The notes: generated by a model from the sequence alone, not told the origin. A DNA stretch of 64,000 nucleotides from an uncultured Planctomycetota bacterium (GCA_963719315.1 CAVRBU010000004.1:544001-608000), one strand, 5' to 3'; numbered from the stretch's first letter, positions 20,598 to 31,519 are shown. A program made the numbers and translations.

Positions 20598-21935
20598 TCA
20601 CGTCGGGACCGCAGTCGGCACGGGTTGCTCCGACACGAGCAGCTCGGTCGACACCTTGCCGTTCTTCATGAACACGGCCAGCGGATACAGCACGCCCAGC
20701 GCCGGCCGTGGATCGTCCCACCGCCACACGTCAGACTCCGTGTGCCGGTGATCTTCCAGCAATCGCCTGGCGTGTTCCCAACGCTGCTTCACATCGACCG
20801 CCGAATTCAGATTTCTGAAAAAGCCGTGCAGCGCGGCGAGGCGGTGGCCGGGCGTATCGGCCACCCGCCATTCGCGATATGCCGCGTGCAGTGCGTCCAT
20901 TTTGGCGTTGTCGTGCGCAATCTCTTCCAACGTGGCCAACATCGCTAGCAGTGGGGTTTCCGTCTTCACGTCCGAATCGTGCGATTCCACGGGCGCCACC
21001 GTGCCATCCACGGCCAACCGATAGAGCAGATACGGATAGTCCCAACCCGAAGCGACCGATTGCGGCAGCCCGCCCCAAAACCGCGGATTGACTTCGATGA
21101 GTAGCGGCTCGGCCGCCGTTCCGTCCCAGCGAAAATCGACCTCCGCCACGCCGTGCCAACCCAAACCGCCGAGCAGCTCGGCGCCCGTCTGCTCCATCGC
21201 CGGCGAATTTACCGTCTCGCGGAGCACACCCGTGCCGCTCTTCACCGGATACGTGCGAAGGTTGTGATACGTCATCGTGGCCCGCGATTGGCCGTGGTCG
21301 AAGAGAAATGTCGTGCAATAATCGTCGCCCGGCACCGACGCCTGCAAGAGCGGGTATTCCTCGGCGCGGAGGTGAAACCGCGCGGCAAACTCCTCGGCGG
21401 CCGCAGCCGCCTCCGCCGCGCAGTGCACCTGCTTCACACCTACCGCCGCCGCCGACCGCCGCACCTTCACGAACGCCGGATACGCAAACGTCTCGGCCGC
21501 CGCACGAAACTCCGCCGCCGAATCGGCCACCACGGTTTGCGGAATCGGCGTCCCGCGCTGCTGACACATCCGCGCCAGGCTCCCTTTGTCGTCCACTTGC
21601 CGAATCTGCTCGATCGTCGGGATCGCCATCTTGATCAGCGGCTCGAACCGGGCCCGATTCCGCGCAATGTGATACGTTTCCTTATGAAACGGCATCAGCA
21701 CATATTCCTGCCCCGCCACCGCATACTGGTGAATGATCTCCTCGAGCCGAGCCAAAAACGCCTCGGGATCGCGGTCCGGATTCGGGTACAAGAAACTCGC
21801 GATCGTATGCTTTGAAAAGCTCGTCGGCGAAAACGCATATTCATCGCCAGCGATCACCTCGATCCCCCGCCGCCCCAAACTCCGAGCGGCAGCCAGCGCA
21901 TTCCAGCCCCGGGCAAAAGTCAAAATGGCACGCAT
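20598..21935 (-). CDS. ATP-grasp domain protein (carboxylate-amine ligase-like)
   Basis: RSLGRRGI, DDKG, YPAFVK, WHGVAEVDF, LIEVNPRFWG. Confidence 0.9.
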   Translation of the reverse strand: MRAILTFARGWNALAAARSLGRRGIEVIAGDEYAFSPTSFSKHTIASFLYPNPDRDPEAFLARLEEIIHQYAVAGQEYVLMPFHKETYHIARNRARFEPLIKMAIPTIEQIRQVDDKGSLARMCQQRGTPIPQTVVADSAAEFRAAAETFAYPAFVKVRRSAAAVGVKQVHCAAEAAAAAEEFAARFHLRAEEYPLLQASVPGDDYCTTFLFDHGQSRATMTYHNLRTYPVKSGTGVLRETVNSPAMEQTGAELLGGLGWHGVAEVDFRWDGTAAEPLLIEVNPRFWGGLPQSVASGWDYPYLLYRLAVDGTVAPVESHDSDVKTETPLLAMLATLEEIAHDNAKMDALHAAYREWRVADTPGHRLAALHGFFRNLNSAVDVKQRWEHARRLLEDHRHTESDVWRWDDPRPALGVLYPLAVFMKNGKVSTELLVSEQPVPTAVPT

Positions 21936-21972
21936 GAGTTGACCGTATCGGAGGCGACGCGTTTCAAAACAA

Positions 21973-22437
21973 TTATTGAGATGGACTGACGAGTGGCATG
22001 TCGTTGTTCGGTTGTAAGTCGAGCGTCATTTGGCCACCATCGAACGTGGCGACAAAGAAGTCGAGAAATCCTTGGTGGCCTACGACGAGAGTTTCCAGCT
22101 CCGAATTAGCAAAATCAAAGAAATGCACTCTCGCTTCCCAACACACCGTGGCGTTTTGCTCGGAGATTTCTAGCGCAATGTCGGCGAACGATAAACTTAT
22201 TTCCTGTCCGCCGAATGCGGTGGCCCCTGGCCCCTTGGCTTTATTCGTTTCGATGCCCAACTCGCGCGCAATCGACAGTGGAAACATCGAGTTGTCAGCG
22301 CCTGTATCGACCAGCGCCAGGTACGCTGCAAATCCATTGACTCCGTGTAGGCGCAGCGGAATCTCCGGACGAAAAATAACGACCTCATCTCCGGTATCCG
22401 GCGCTCGTGAAATAAACCCGGAGTAGGGAAACTTCAT
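21973..22437 (-). CDS. Retropepsin-like aspartyl protease
   Basis: ALVDTGAD catalytic motif; VVGHQGFLDFF C-terminal motif. Confidence 0.8.
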   Translation of the reverse strand: MKFPYSGFISRAPDTGDEVVIFRPEIPLRLHGVNGFAAYLALVDTGADNSMFPLSIARELGIETNKAKGPGATAFGGQEISLSFADIALEISEQNATVCWEARVHFFDFANSELETLVVGHQGFLDFFVATFDGGQMTLDLQPNNDMPLVSPSQ

Positions 22438-22667
22438 ACGCCGCCCACAAATGGACCGCGAGAAACCTTTTGCAGCACGGGTTCAGTATGACCGGAGGCA
22501 ATCGCCGCGCGACGCACCTGCGCCATTTCCGGGCCGTGCGCCACAATCTCGCGACGCGTCGCGTCCCAAGCGATCCACTGACCTGCGAATTCTGCAGGGA
22601 CCGGCTGTGTACGACCTGGATACTTAGCCGCAAAAACTTCGAGTGTCATGGCCATGCTAAACTCCAT
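22434..22667 (-). CDS. DUF5678-like small protein
   Basis: GQWIAW...IVAHG motif; ATGA overlap with the protease gene. Confidence 0.7.
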   Translation of the reverse strand: MEFSMAMTLEVFAAKYPGRTQPVPAEFAGQWIAWDATRREIVAHGPEMAQVRRAAIASGHTEPVLQKVSRGPFVGGV

Positions 22668-23008
22668 CCTCCCGGCTCAAGTGTATCACGCCACGAGAAT
22701 TAAACCAAACCGTAAAAGTGAGATGCGATAACAAACTCGCTCTAACTTATTCACACGGCCCGGAATTCGTCGGCAGCAGTGTGTCGCAAGCTCGAAGGCA
22801 ATACGTGCGACGGCGTAAGCTGCGCGTCCGATCGCGAAATATGTAGTGGAACGCACGTACCAATTCTAGCACAACACATAGTAGCCTCCGACTTCTGGCA
22901 GCCAGAAGAATTGCATCGCTTTGGCTCAAGGTCATCTGGCTTTGCTCGCCGCTCCTATTTGGAGCGATACGCCACACCCCCGCTCGACCAAACGATTATA
23001 GCACCGCC

Positions 23009-24475
23009 CTATGCCAGAATCCCCTGCACCACCTTCCCCGCCACGTCCGTGAGCCGGAAGTCGCGGCCTTGGTAGCGGTAGGTCAGCCGTTCGTGGTCGA
23101 TGCCCATGAGATACAGCATCGTGGCGTGCAGGTCGTGGACGTGCACGATGTTGTCCACGGCGTAGTAGCCCAGTTCGTCGGTCGCGCCGTAGGAAGTGCC
23201 CGGCTTGATGCCGCCGCCGGCCATCCACATCGAGAATCCGCGGATGTGATGGTCGCGGCCGGCCTTGGGCTTCGAGACGTCGCCTTGGGCCATGGGAGTG
23301 CGGCCGAATTCGCCGCCCCAAATCACAAGCGTATCATCCAGCATACCGCGTTGCTTGAGATCGGTGATCAGCGCGGCGCTCGCCTGGTCGGCCGACTGAC
23401 ACATCTCGGCAAAGTGTTGCTTGAGTCCGTCGTGATGGTCCCAGCCGCGATGGTAGAGATGAATGAACCGCACGCCACGTTCGGCGAGCCGTCGCGCCAG
23501 CAGGCAGTTATAGGCGAACGAGCCGTCCGGGCCACTGCAACCGTACATATCCATCACGTGTTGCGGTTCTTCGCTGATGTTGGTCAGGTCCGGCACGCTG
23601 GTTTGCATTCGAAACGCGAGCTCATATTGCGCGATCCGCGTAGCGATCTCCGGATCGTGCGTCACGGCATCGCGCATGCGGTTCAGGTTGTTCACTGTCG
23701 CGATGACATCGGCTTCGCGTTGCGAACTAACGCCCGGCGGGTTACTCACGTAATAAACGGGGTCGCCGGTCGAATGGAATTGCACGCCCTGAAAGCGGCT
23801 AGGCAAAAATCCGCTATACCACTGTCGCGACGATACTGGCTGTGGCGAACGCGTACCCCCGCGGCTCATCAGCACCACAAAGCCGGGCAGGTCGTCGCAA
23901 TCGGTTCCCAAGCCGTAGTTCAGCCAGGATCCCATGCTGGGCCGGCCGGAAATCGCCGTGCCCGTGTTCATGAACGTATGAGCCGGGTCATGATTGATTT
24001 GTTCGGTCTGCAACGAGCGGACGATGCAGATGTCGTCGGCGATGGCGCCGATGTGCGGCAAATCATTGCTGATCGATTGGCCCGACTGGCCGAAGCGGCC
24101 GAACGTGGACTGCGGACCAAAGCACAAAAGCTGCTTCTGATTCTGCAATTGAGCGATCGGTTGGCCCTTGGTGAACGACTCCGGAACGGGCTGGCCATGC
24201 ATTTCGGCCAGCTTCGGTTTCTCATCGAACGACTCGAGCTGCGACGGTCCACCTGCCATGCACAGGAAAATCACCCGCTTCGCCTTCTGCGGAAAGTCGA
24301 GCGGATTCACGACGCCGCGGTATGGGTGCTTGGTGCCCTTGGCGGCCGCCGGCGCCGCGGCCCCAAACACTTGCGGCTGTAATAACCCTGCCAGTGCCAC
24401 CGAGCCGATTCCCAGCGAGGCTTGACCGAGGAACGTTCGCCGTGCCAGTTGCTCTGGTAGAAAACCGGTTTCCAT
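23009..24475 (-). CDS. DUF1501 family protein
   Basis: ARRTFL Tat-like signal, KAKRVIFLCMAGGPSQ, GWDHH, GGEFGRTP, GRDHH. Confidence 0.95.
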   Translation of the reverse strand: METGFLPEQLARRTFLGQASLGIGSVALAGLLQPQVFGAAAPAAAKGTKHPYRGVVNPLDFPQKAKRVIFLCMAGGPSQLESFDEKPKLAEMHGQPVPESFTKGQPIAQLQNQKQLLCFGPQSTFGRFGQSGQSISNDLPHIGAIADDICIVRSLQTEQINHDPAHTFMNTGTAISGRPSMGSWLNYGLGTDCDDLPGFVVLMSRGGTRSPQPVSSRQWYSGFLPSRFQGVQFHSTGDPVYYVSNPPGVSSQREADVIATVNNLNRMRDAVTHDPEIATRIAQYELAFRMQTSVPDLTNISEEPQHVMDMYGCSGPDGSFAYNCLLARRLAERGVRFIHLYHRGWDHHDGLKQHFAEMCQSADQASAALITDLKQRGMLDDTLVIWGGEFGRTPMAQGDVSKPKAGRDHHIRGFSMWMAGGGIKPGTSYGATDELGYYAVDNIVHVHDLHATMLYLMGIDHERLTYRYQGRDFRLTDVAGKVVQGILA

Positions 24476-24519
24476 GATGCTAGTCTTTCAGCGAAACCCG
24501 CGCGGGCATCGCGCAGATC

Positions 24520-26898
24520 TCAATAGCGGGTAATCGTCTCATTCAGATTCAATAGCACACGGCTGACGGATGTCCAGGCAGCCAGTTCCTTCGCATCCAA
24601 GTCTTTGGGATGCGGCGAAATGCCAACCGTCAAGATACCCTCGGCCGCTCGTTTGTCCTGGGCATACTCTGCGCGATGTTTGTCGAGCAATTTGGCCAAA
24701 GCATTCGCTTCAGCCGGCTGCGCGTCGCGACCCAGCACTTGCCGCCAGGCCCAATGGATTCGCCCTTTGTCGTCGCTCGGCGCGTCGACAAGGATTTTCG
24801 CCGCCAAGGCCCGGGCCGCTTCGACAAACGACGGGTCGTTCAGCAGCACCAGCGCGGCGCAAGGCGTGCTGGAGATCGGTCGCTCGGCCGTGCATTCCTC
24901 GCGCGTCGGTGCGTCGAAGGCCAATAGCCAGGGGTGCAAAAACTGCCGCTGCCAATGCGTGTACACGGCGCGGCGGAATTGCTCCTCGCCGGTGGATGCC
25001 GTGTAATCGCGCTCCGGGAAGTTGAGCGCCGAATAATACTTCGCCGGCTGATACGGCCGGACGATGTCGCCGCCCAGCTTGTTCACCAGCAGCCCGCTCA
25101 CGAGCAGCGCATTGTCGCGGATTTGTTCGGCCTCGAGCCGGAATCGAGATTGATGCGCGACGAGCCGATTTTCCGGGTCGATCGCGTCCACCTCGGGCCG
25201 CGGCAGCGACGACTGTCGATACGCGCTCGTCGTCACCATCTGGCGGATCAGGTATTTCAAGTCCCAATTGTGGTCCATGAAGTCGAGCGCCAGCCAATCC
25301 AAAAGTTCCTGGTTCGGCGGCACCTCGCCGCGCGTGCCCATGTCGAGCAGCCCCTTCGAGAGCCCGATGCCGTAGTATTGTTTCCACAATCGATTCACGA
25401 CCACTCGGGCCGTGAGCGGGTTATCGCGCGACACTACCCACTTCGCCAAATCGAGTCGATTCGCGCGGTGGCCACCCGTATCGAGCTGCTTGAGAAAATG
25501 GGGCGTGTGGGGCTGGACAACTTTGCCGCTCTTGTCCATCCAATTGCCGCGCGCCAGGATACGAATTTCGCGTGGCGGCACCGCCTTCGTGATCATCGTG
25601 GGCACAAATTGTGCTTCCAGATCGACTCGCTCCTTCCGCAATTCAGTCAACTCGCCGAGCTTCTTTTCCCAACCTTCCTTGATCAGTCCGTTGAGCGGCT
25701 CTTTAGCCTTGGCGATTTTCGCGTCCAGAGCCTGCATCTTTTCGTAAACCGGCAGCGTCCAGGCCAGCATCTCGGGCGGGCGCTGTGTGGGGATGTCGTT
25801 GCCGCCCACTGACTGGAACGAGCCATACTCGTCCACGTCGGCGAAGAACGCTTGCATGCTGTAAAAATCATCCTGCGTATACGGATCGAACTTGTGGTCG
25901 TGGCATTGGGAGCAGCCCATCGAGCCGGCTAGCCAGGTTTCTGAGAAGTTTCGCACACGGTCGGCCAGCATGATCGCCCGGTATTCGCCATCCTGCGCAC
26001 CGCCTTCGTGCGTGGTTTGCAGCACGCGGTTGTAACCGGTCGCAATGATCTGCCACATCGTGGGGTTCGGCAGCAGGTCGCCGGCCAATTGCTCAATCGT
26101 GAACTGGTCGAACGGCAGATTGTCGTTGAAACTTTTGATCACGTAATCGCGATAGGGCGTGATGCGATGATCTTGATCGCCGTGGTAACCGACTGTATCC
26201 GCAAACCGCACCAGGTCGAACCACCACGTAGCCATCCGTTCGCCGAACGCCGGTGAGGCCAGCAATTCATCGACGAGCTTTTCGTAAGCATCGGGCCGCT
26301 TGGCATTTACGAATTTCTGGACTTGCTCCGGGGTGGGGGGCAGGCCCGTCAAATCGAAGTAGAGGCGTCGGACCAGCGTGATGCGATCGGCCTCCGGCCC
26401 TGGCCCGATGCCCTGCTGTTCCTGCGCGCGAGCAAGAAGCGGTCGATGTCGCCCCGCGGCCAGGAACGTCAGCTTCACCGTGGGCACGTTCGGGCGTTTC
26501 GGCGCGATGTAGGCCCAGTGTGGTTCGTACTTCGCTCCCGCATTGATCCATTTCCGCAGCAGCTCGATTTGCTCCGGCTTGAGCGGCGGCCTTTTTGATT
26601 CGGGCGGCGGCATCCGCATATCGGGGTCGTCGCTCGAAACGCGCGAGATCAGTTCACTCGACTCGGCGTCGTCCGGAACGATCACCGATTCGTGAGAGCC
26701 CTCTTCCGTATCCAGCCGCAACTCGGCTTTTCTTGTGCCCGAATCGGGTCCGTGGCAGGTGTAGCAGGTATTGGCCAGAATCGGTCGAATGTCGCGATTG
26801 AAGTGGGGAGCATCGCCGGCGGCAATGCCTCCACGAGGCGCCGATGCCACACAAATTGCAGCGCTCGCTGCCGCCAATATGAATCGGGAGTGCCCCAT
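24520..26898 (-). CDS. PSD1 / planctomycete cytochrome c domain protein (DUF1549/DUF1553)
   Basis: FNRDIRPIL, CYTCH and CSQCH haem motifs, NPLTARVVVNRLW, LLNLNETIT; upstream of DUF1501; compensating indels at ~26430-26466. Confidence 0.93.
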   Translation of the reverse strand: MGHSRFILAAASAAICVASAPRGGIAAGDAPHFNRDIRPILANTCYTCHGPDSGTRKAELRLDTEEGSHESVIVPDDAESSELISRVSSDDPDMRMPPPESKRPPLKPEQIELLRKWINAGAKYEPHWAYIAPKRPNVPTVKLTFLAAGRHRPLLARAQEQQGIGPGPEADRITLVRRLYFDLTGLPPTPEQVQKFVNAKRPDAYEKLVDELLASPAFGERMATWWFDLVRFADTVGYHGDQDHRITPYRDYVIKSFNDNLPFDQFTIEQLAGDLLPNPTMWQIIATGYNRVLQTTHEGGAQDGEYRAIMLADRVRNFSETWLAGSMGCSQCHDHKFDPYTQDDFYSMQAFFADVDEYGSFQSVGGNDIPTQRPPEMLAWTLPVYEKMQALDAKIAKAKEPLNGLIKEGWEKKLGELTELRKERVDLEAQFVPTMITKAVPPREIRILARGNWMDKSGKVVQPHTPHFLKQLDTGGHRANRLDLAKWVVSRDNPLTARVVVNRLWKQYYGIGLSKGLLDMGTRGEVPPNQELLDWLALDFMDHNWDLKYLIRQMVTTSAYRQSSLPRPEVDAIDPENRLVAHQSRFRLEAEQIRDNALLVSGLLVNKLGGDIVRPYQPAKYYSALNFPERDYTASTGEEQFRRAVYTHWQRQFLHPWLLAFDAPTREECTAERPISSTPCAALVLLNDPSFVEAARALAAKILVDAPSDDKGRIHWAWRQVLGRDAQPAEANALAKLLDKHRAEYAQDKRAAEGILTVGISPHPKDLDAKELAAWTSVSRVLLNLNETITRY

Positions 26899-27042
26899 GT
26901 AAATTACACGCCTTTGGCCGCCAGAATTTTGCGGAAATTCCGCCGGATGGCCAGTTTTAGCAGGAAGGACTAAGCTAGGGGGGAGGCAACCTACCCTGCC
27001 ATTATCGTTGCCGGAAGGTCCGCCGGCAAGGCAATAGAGTTC

Positions 27043-27098
27043 GTATAGGCGTCTCGCTCTACGAGACGCGATTTCCTCTCGCGGAGCGATAACACTAC
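27043..27098. repeat. Degenerate GTAG-type REP doublet (CGCTCCGCGAG family)
   Basis: GTATAGGCGTCTCGCTCTACGAGA ... TCTCGCGGAGCGATAACACTAC. Confidence 0.55.
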
Positions 27099-27217
27099 AC
27101 GCTCCACCCGATTTGCCGCCCGTCAGCCGACCCGGCATAATGGATCAACTCGCGGGAAAATGTTTTTTCCCGATCGACCGACATTTTTTTCGTCCAACTT
27201 CGCCTGCGGGGATCGAC

Positions 27218-28708
27218 ATGGAAATTGATAATTTTTCTCGGCGGACATTCATCAAGAAATCGGCAACGGCCACTGCGGTCGCTCTAGCGGCCCCCGCGGC
27301 ATTGAACGCCCAAGCCGCTGCCACTTCGATCAGCCCTAACGAACGCCTGCGAATCGGTTTCATCGGCGTCGGCGGCCGGGCTCAGGCCCACCTCGAATCG
27401 GCCATCGTGCTCGCCAACGAGGGCAAAGTCGAAGTCGCCGCCGTGTGTGACGTGTTCAATCGTCATCGAAAAGAAGCCGCTCACAAAATCAAACGCGGCG
27501 CCAAGCAGGAGCCCAAGCAAATCGCCGACTATCGCGACATCGTGAACGACCCCTCGATCGATGCCGTGTGCATCGCCACGCCCGATCACTGGCACGCCAA
27601 GCAGACCATCGACTCGCTCAAGGCCGGCAAAAACGTCTACTGCGAAAAGCCCATGACGCACAGCGTCGAAGAGGCGATCGCCGTTTACAGAACGTGGAAA
27701 GATTCCGGCAAGGTGATGCAAGTCGGCGTGCAATCGACTTCGCTGCCCGTGTGGAAGGATGTCAACCAACGGCTGTGCGACGGGAAGCTCGGCAAAGTGC
27801 TAATGTACCAAACGTCGTACTTCCGCAACTCCGACGTCGGACAGTGGCGCTACTACGACCTCACCGCCGATATGAAACCCAAGAACATCGATTGGCCGAT
27901 GTTCCTCGGCACGGAATTTGGCCTCGCGCCGAACATGCCATTCGATCGCGAGAAGTACCATCAATGGCGGTGTTATTGGGATTTTGGCGCCGGCATGTTC
28001 ACCGATTTGTTCGTGCACCGCACGACCGCCATGCTGAAAGCCACCGGCCTGCGGTTTCCCGGCCGCGTCGTGGGCGCCGGCGGGATCTATTTCGAATACG
28101 ACGATCGCGATGTGCCCGATGTGGCCACCGTCGTGGCCGACTTCCCTGAAGGGGTGCAGGGCCTCGTTACCGCCACGATGTGCTGCGAAGAAACACCGGT
28201 GCCGCAGATCATCCGCGGCCATCACGGCTCGTTCATTTTGGGAAATGGCGAGGAAATCTCCGGTTACGATTTCGTGGCCGAACGCTCCCCGGTCACCCAC
28301 GACAGCAAAATCAAGAACGAGCATTTCGAAGTAGAAGGACTCAAAGATTCGTCCCTCACGCACTTCACGAACTTCGTCGATTCCGCCCTGGCCGGCAAAC
28401 CGGACCAGGTAAATTGCTCGCCCGAGCTGGGCGCCGCCGCGATGGTCATCGTGAAGCTCGGCTCGAAGAGCTATCGCGAAGGCAAGGCGTTCCACTTCGA
28501 TCGCGACGCGCTGGTGGCGAAAGATGCCGATGCCAGTTGGGCACAAGGCTGGGAGCAGATGTCCAAGGAGCGGGCCGCGCTAAAGCATCTGCCGCACTGG
28601 AAAGGCGGCGACGGCGGCAAGCTCTATCCGCGCGAGTACCAGAAGCTGGCCGGACCATGGATCAACGGCGTTGACCCGGCGCACGGCAAGACCGCATCGG
28701 CCGGTTAA
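27218..28708 (+). CDS. Tat-exported Gfo/Idh/MocA family oxidoreductase
   Basis: SRRTFIK Tat motif, IGFIGVGGR, ATPDHWH, YCEKP. Confidence 0.93.
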   Translation: MEIDNFSRRTFIKKSATATAVALAAPAALNAQAAATSISPNERLRIGFIGVGGRAQAHLESAIVLANEGKVEVAAVCDVFNRHRKEAAHKIKRGAKQEPKQIADYRDIVNDPSIDAVCIATPDHWHAKQTIDSLKAGKNVYCEKPMTHSVEEAIAVYRTWKDSGKVMQVGVQSTSLPVWKDVNQRLCDGKLGKVLMYQTSYFRNSDVGQWRYYDLTADMKPKNIDWPMFLGTEFGLAPNMPFDREKYHQWRCYWDFGAGMFTDLFVHRTTAMLKATGLRFPGRVVGAGGIYFEYDDRDVPDVATVVADFPEGVQGLVTATMCCEETPVPQIIRGHHGSFILGNGEEISGYDFVAERSPVTHDSKIKNEHFEVEGLKDSSLTHFTNFVDSALAGKPDQVNCSPELGAAAMVIVKLGSKSYREGKAFHFDRDALVAKDADASWAQGWEQMSKERAALKHLPHWKGGDGGKLYPREYQKLAGPWINGVDPAHGKTASAG

Positions 28709-28746
28709 CAACCCGTAGCAACAGGCGAGCCGCCCCTCGCTGCGTC

Positions 28747-29295
28747 CTAATTCGCCCAGCTACGGCGCATCATTCGCAGCCGCAGCGCGAGTGCAATTGC
28801 AAACACGCCGAGTGCCATCATGTAAGCGCCGATCAAGAGTGCGATGGCGATCAGCCCCGCGCCGGGACGGAACATAATCAGCCCGCCAAAGATAATCGAC
28901 ATCGCGCCCGACAACCCGAGAATCCATTCATCGTCGAGTTCTTTCCGCAAAGAAATCGCGGCGAAAATTTCGAACGCACCGCGGACGATCGCCGAGACGG
29001 CGATGATCGTCGCCAACACCAGGAGCGACAGCCCCGGCCAGGCGAACGCCGCAATCCCGGCCGCGATCGCCAACAGTCCCAGCCAGACCATCGTCCACCA
29101 GACCGTGCCGTCCGCCTCACCGCGGAACCCTAACAGAATCGCGGCAACGCCGTCGATGATCGTAAATATGCCGAACAAATACACGAGCGAAACGAGCGTC
29201 ACGCCCGGCCACACCATCGCGCAAATCCCCAACGCAATCGCGGCAATCCCGCGGAACATCAGCACCCACCAACGTTTGCAGACGGTGTTTAGCAT
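28747..29295 (-). CDS. HdeD / DUF308 family membrane protein
   Basis: WWVLMFRGIAAIALG...EWILGLSGAMSIIFG. Confidence 0.9.
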   Translation of the reverse strand: MLNTVCKRWWVLMFRGIAAIALGICAMVWPGVTLVSLVYLFGIFTIIDGVAAILLGFRGEADGTVWWTMVWLGLLAIAAGIAAFAWPGLSLLVLATIIAVSAIVRGAFEIFAAISLRKELDDEWILGLSGAMSIIFGGLIMFRPGAGLIAIALLIGAYMMALGVFAIALALRLRMMRRSWAN

Positions 29296-29406
29296 CGTAT
29301 CCCTCGCACTTCGAAGCCGTGGAGAATTCAAACATCAGACGAGCAGAGTGATTTTAACGCGCGATTGCCGCCCGCTGTAGCGGAATTCGCAACAATTCCG
29401 GGCAAT

Positions 29407-29516
29407 GTATCAGGTACGCTCCGCGTTCCGTCGCCGAAGTGTGAAATGCGCACCCTGATTTCGCGCCGATACACTATTTCGCGGCAAGGCAACGGCACGC
29501 GGAGCGTGCCTACTAC
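29407..29516. repeat. REP doublet (REPIN-like), GTAGTAGGCACGCTCCGCGTGCCGT family
   Basis: GTATCAGGTACGCTCCGCGTTCCGTCGCC inverted with GGCAACGGCACGCGGAGCGTGCCTACTAC just 3' of nagB. Confidence 0.75.
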
Positions 29517-29521
29517 TATCC

Positions 29522-31519
29522 CTACCACAGCACCTTGCTGTCGCCGCGCCAGCGCACAAATCCCTCGATCGCCTCGTATTCGGCAAGGCCCAGCTTGTCG
29601 AATAGTTGCGCCGTGTCGCGATTCCGGTCTTCGGCTCGCTTCCAGAACTCGCGCATATCGGGGCCAGGGAACAAGGCCCGGTCCTTTTGCGATTGATGTT
29701 TGAAGATCGCGATCCGCTTGCGATCGACTTCAGCCGGGCTCAGCGGCACGGACATCTCAATCTCATGCGGACCCCACTCGTGCCACGCACCGCGGTACAG
29801 CCACACTTCGCAGTCGGAATACCAGTCGTCGCTTTGGCAGCGTCGGCAGGCGGTGAGCACCGCGTTCAAGCACACGCGATGCGTACCGTGCGGATCGGAA
29901 AGGTCACCCGCGGCGTAGATTTGGTGCGGTTGGACTTTCCTCAGCAGGTCCACGACCATCGCGATGTCTTCCTCGCCCAGCGGCTTCTTCTTGACGCGAC
30001 CCGTTTCGTAGAAGGGCATGTCCATGAAATGCAATCGCTCATCGGGCAATCCGCAACTGCGGGTCGCCGCCCGCGCTTCGCCCCGGCGGATCATGCCTTT
30101 GATCGTTTGCACCTCGGGGCTATCGACCTGTCCCGGTGCCTTATGCCGCAGAAACTCTTCGACATGCGCCTCCAACTCCGCCGCCCGCTGGGGTGAAACG
30201 TCAAAGTGCGTGTTGAACTCCGCCACGAAATCCGCAAAGCGGATCGCATCATCGTCGAAGACCGCAATGTTCCCCGAAGTTTGATAGGCGACATGCACCT
30301 CGTGTCCATGATCTACGAGTCGAATGAGGGTGCCGCCCATCGAGATCACGTCGTCATCCGGGTGCGGCGAAAATACCAGAACGCGTTTCGGGAAGATCGC
30401 GTCGCACGAGCGCGTCCGATCGCCCGGCTGCTTGGCGTGCGCCGGCTTGCCGCCCGGCCAACCAGTAATCGTCGCTTGCAGGTGCCGAAAGATTTTGACG
30501 TTGATGTCGTACGCCGGCCCACGATCGGCCAGCAAATCTTGCAGCCCTTCTTCGTTGTAGTCATTATCGGTCAGCTTCAGGATGGCTTTGTCCAGCTTGC
30601 GAGCGAGCCAAATCACGGCTTTGCGGACCTTTTGCTCATCCCATTCGACGGGCCCTAACAACCAGGGCGTTCGGTATCGAGTCAGAGCATCGGCAGCCGC
30701 TTCGTCGAGCACGACTTCCGCGTTGGGATGCTCTTGCAGGAAGCTGGCGGCGATCGAAGAACTGATCTGGCCCTCCACGGCCTTGGCGATAATCGGGGCC
30801 TTATGCTCGCCGAACGCCAACATGATGATTTTGCGGGCGTTGAGAATCGTGCCGACACCCATCGTAATCGCCCGCCGCGGCACGTGTTCCTGGCCGAAGA
30901 AGTCGCTGGCGGCGTCGATCCGCGTTACGCGGTCGAGCGTGATCAATCGCGTGCGGCTTTCTTTGCCAGAGCCCGGTTCGTTGAAGCCGATGTGCCCCGT
31001 CCGCCCGACGCCGAGCAACTGAATATCGATGCCGCCCGCCGCGGCGATTTGCTCTTCGTACCACGCGCAGTAGTCAGCCACCTGCTCAACCGGCAGCGTG
31101 CCATCCGGCACGTGCCAGTTGGCCGGCGGAATATCGACCAGGTCGAACAAATGCTCGCGCATGAACCGCACGTAGCTTTGCAGCTCGTGCGGCTGCATCG
31201 GGTAGTATTCGTCGAGATTGAATGTGACGACATTCGCGAGCGACAACCCCTCTTCACGATGCAAGCGCACCAACTCGTTGTACACGCCCACCGGCGTGCT
31301 GCCCGTGGCTAAGCCGAGCACGCAATTTCGCCCCTGGGTGGCCCGCTCGCGAATCAAATCGGCAATCTGCCCGGCGACGGCTTTGTTGGCCTGCGTGGAG
31401 TGCGGATAAACGCACACGCGAATCCGCTCGCGTTGTGCCAAGGGGTCGGTCGTCGTACGGCAAGACATGGAAATCGGCGGCTCCGCGGCCGCGGCTCGCT
31501 GGTCGGTTCGAGTGCTCAT
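29522..31519 (-). CDS. nagB: Glucosamine-6-phosphate deaminase with C-terminal PIG-L/deacetylase-like domain
   Basis: GLATGSTP, TFNLDEY, GHIGFNEPGS; C-terminal FSPHPDDDVISMGG. Confidence 0.95.
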   Translation of the reverse strand: MSTRTDQRAAAAEPPISMSCRTTTDPLAQRERIRVCVYPHSTQANKAVAGQIADLIRERATQGRNCVLGLATGSTPVGVYNELVRLHREEGLSLANVVTFNLDEYYPMQPHELQSYVRFMREHLFDLVDIPPANWHVPDGTLPVEQVADYCAWYEEQIAAAGGIDIQLLGVGRTGHIGFNEPGSGKESRTRLITLDRVTRIDAASDFFGQEHVPRRAITMGVGTILNARKIIMLAFGEHKAPIIAKAVEGQISSSIAASFLQEHPNAEVVLDEAAADALTRYRTPWLLGPVEWDEQKVRKAVIWLARKLDKAILKLTDNDYNEEGLQDLLADRGPAYDINVKIFRHLQATITGWPGGKPAHAKQPGDRTRSCDAIFPKRVLVFSPHPDDDVISMGGTLIRLVDHGHEVHVAYQTSGNIAVFDDDAIRFADFVAEFNTHFDVSPQRAAELEAHVEEFLRHKAPGQVDSPEVQTIKGMIRRGEARAATRSCGLPDERLHFMDMPFYETGRVKKKPLGEEDIAMVVDLLRKVQPHQIYAAGDLSDPHGTHRVCLNAVLTACRRCQSDDWYSDCEVWLYRGAWHEWGPHEIEMSVPLSPAEVDRKRIAIFKHQSQKDRALFPGPDMREFWKRAEDRNRDTAQLFDKLGLAEYEAIEGFVRWRGDSKVLW

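Noticed and set aside
22700..23000. Gene remnant upstream of the DUF5678-like gene
   Set aside because: No frame gave a recognisable motif.
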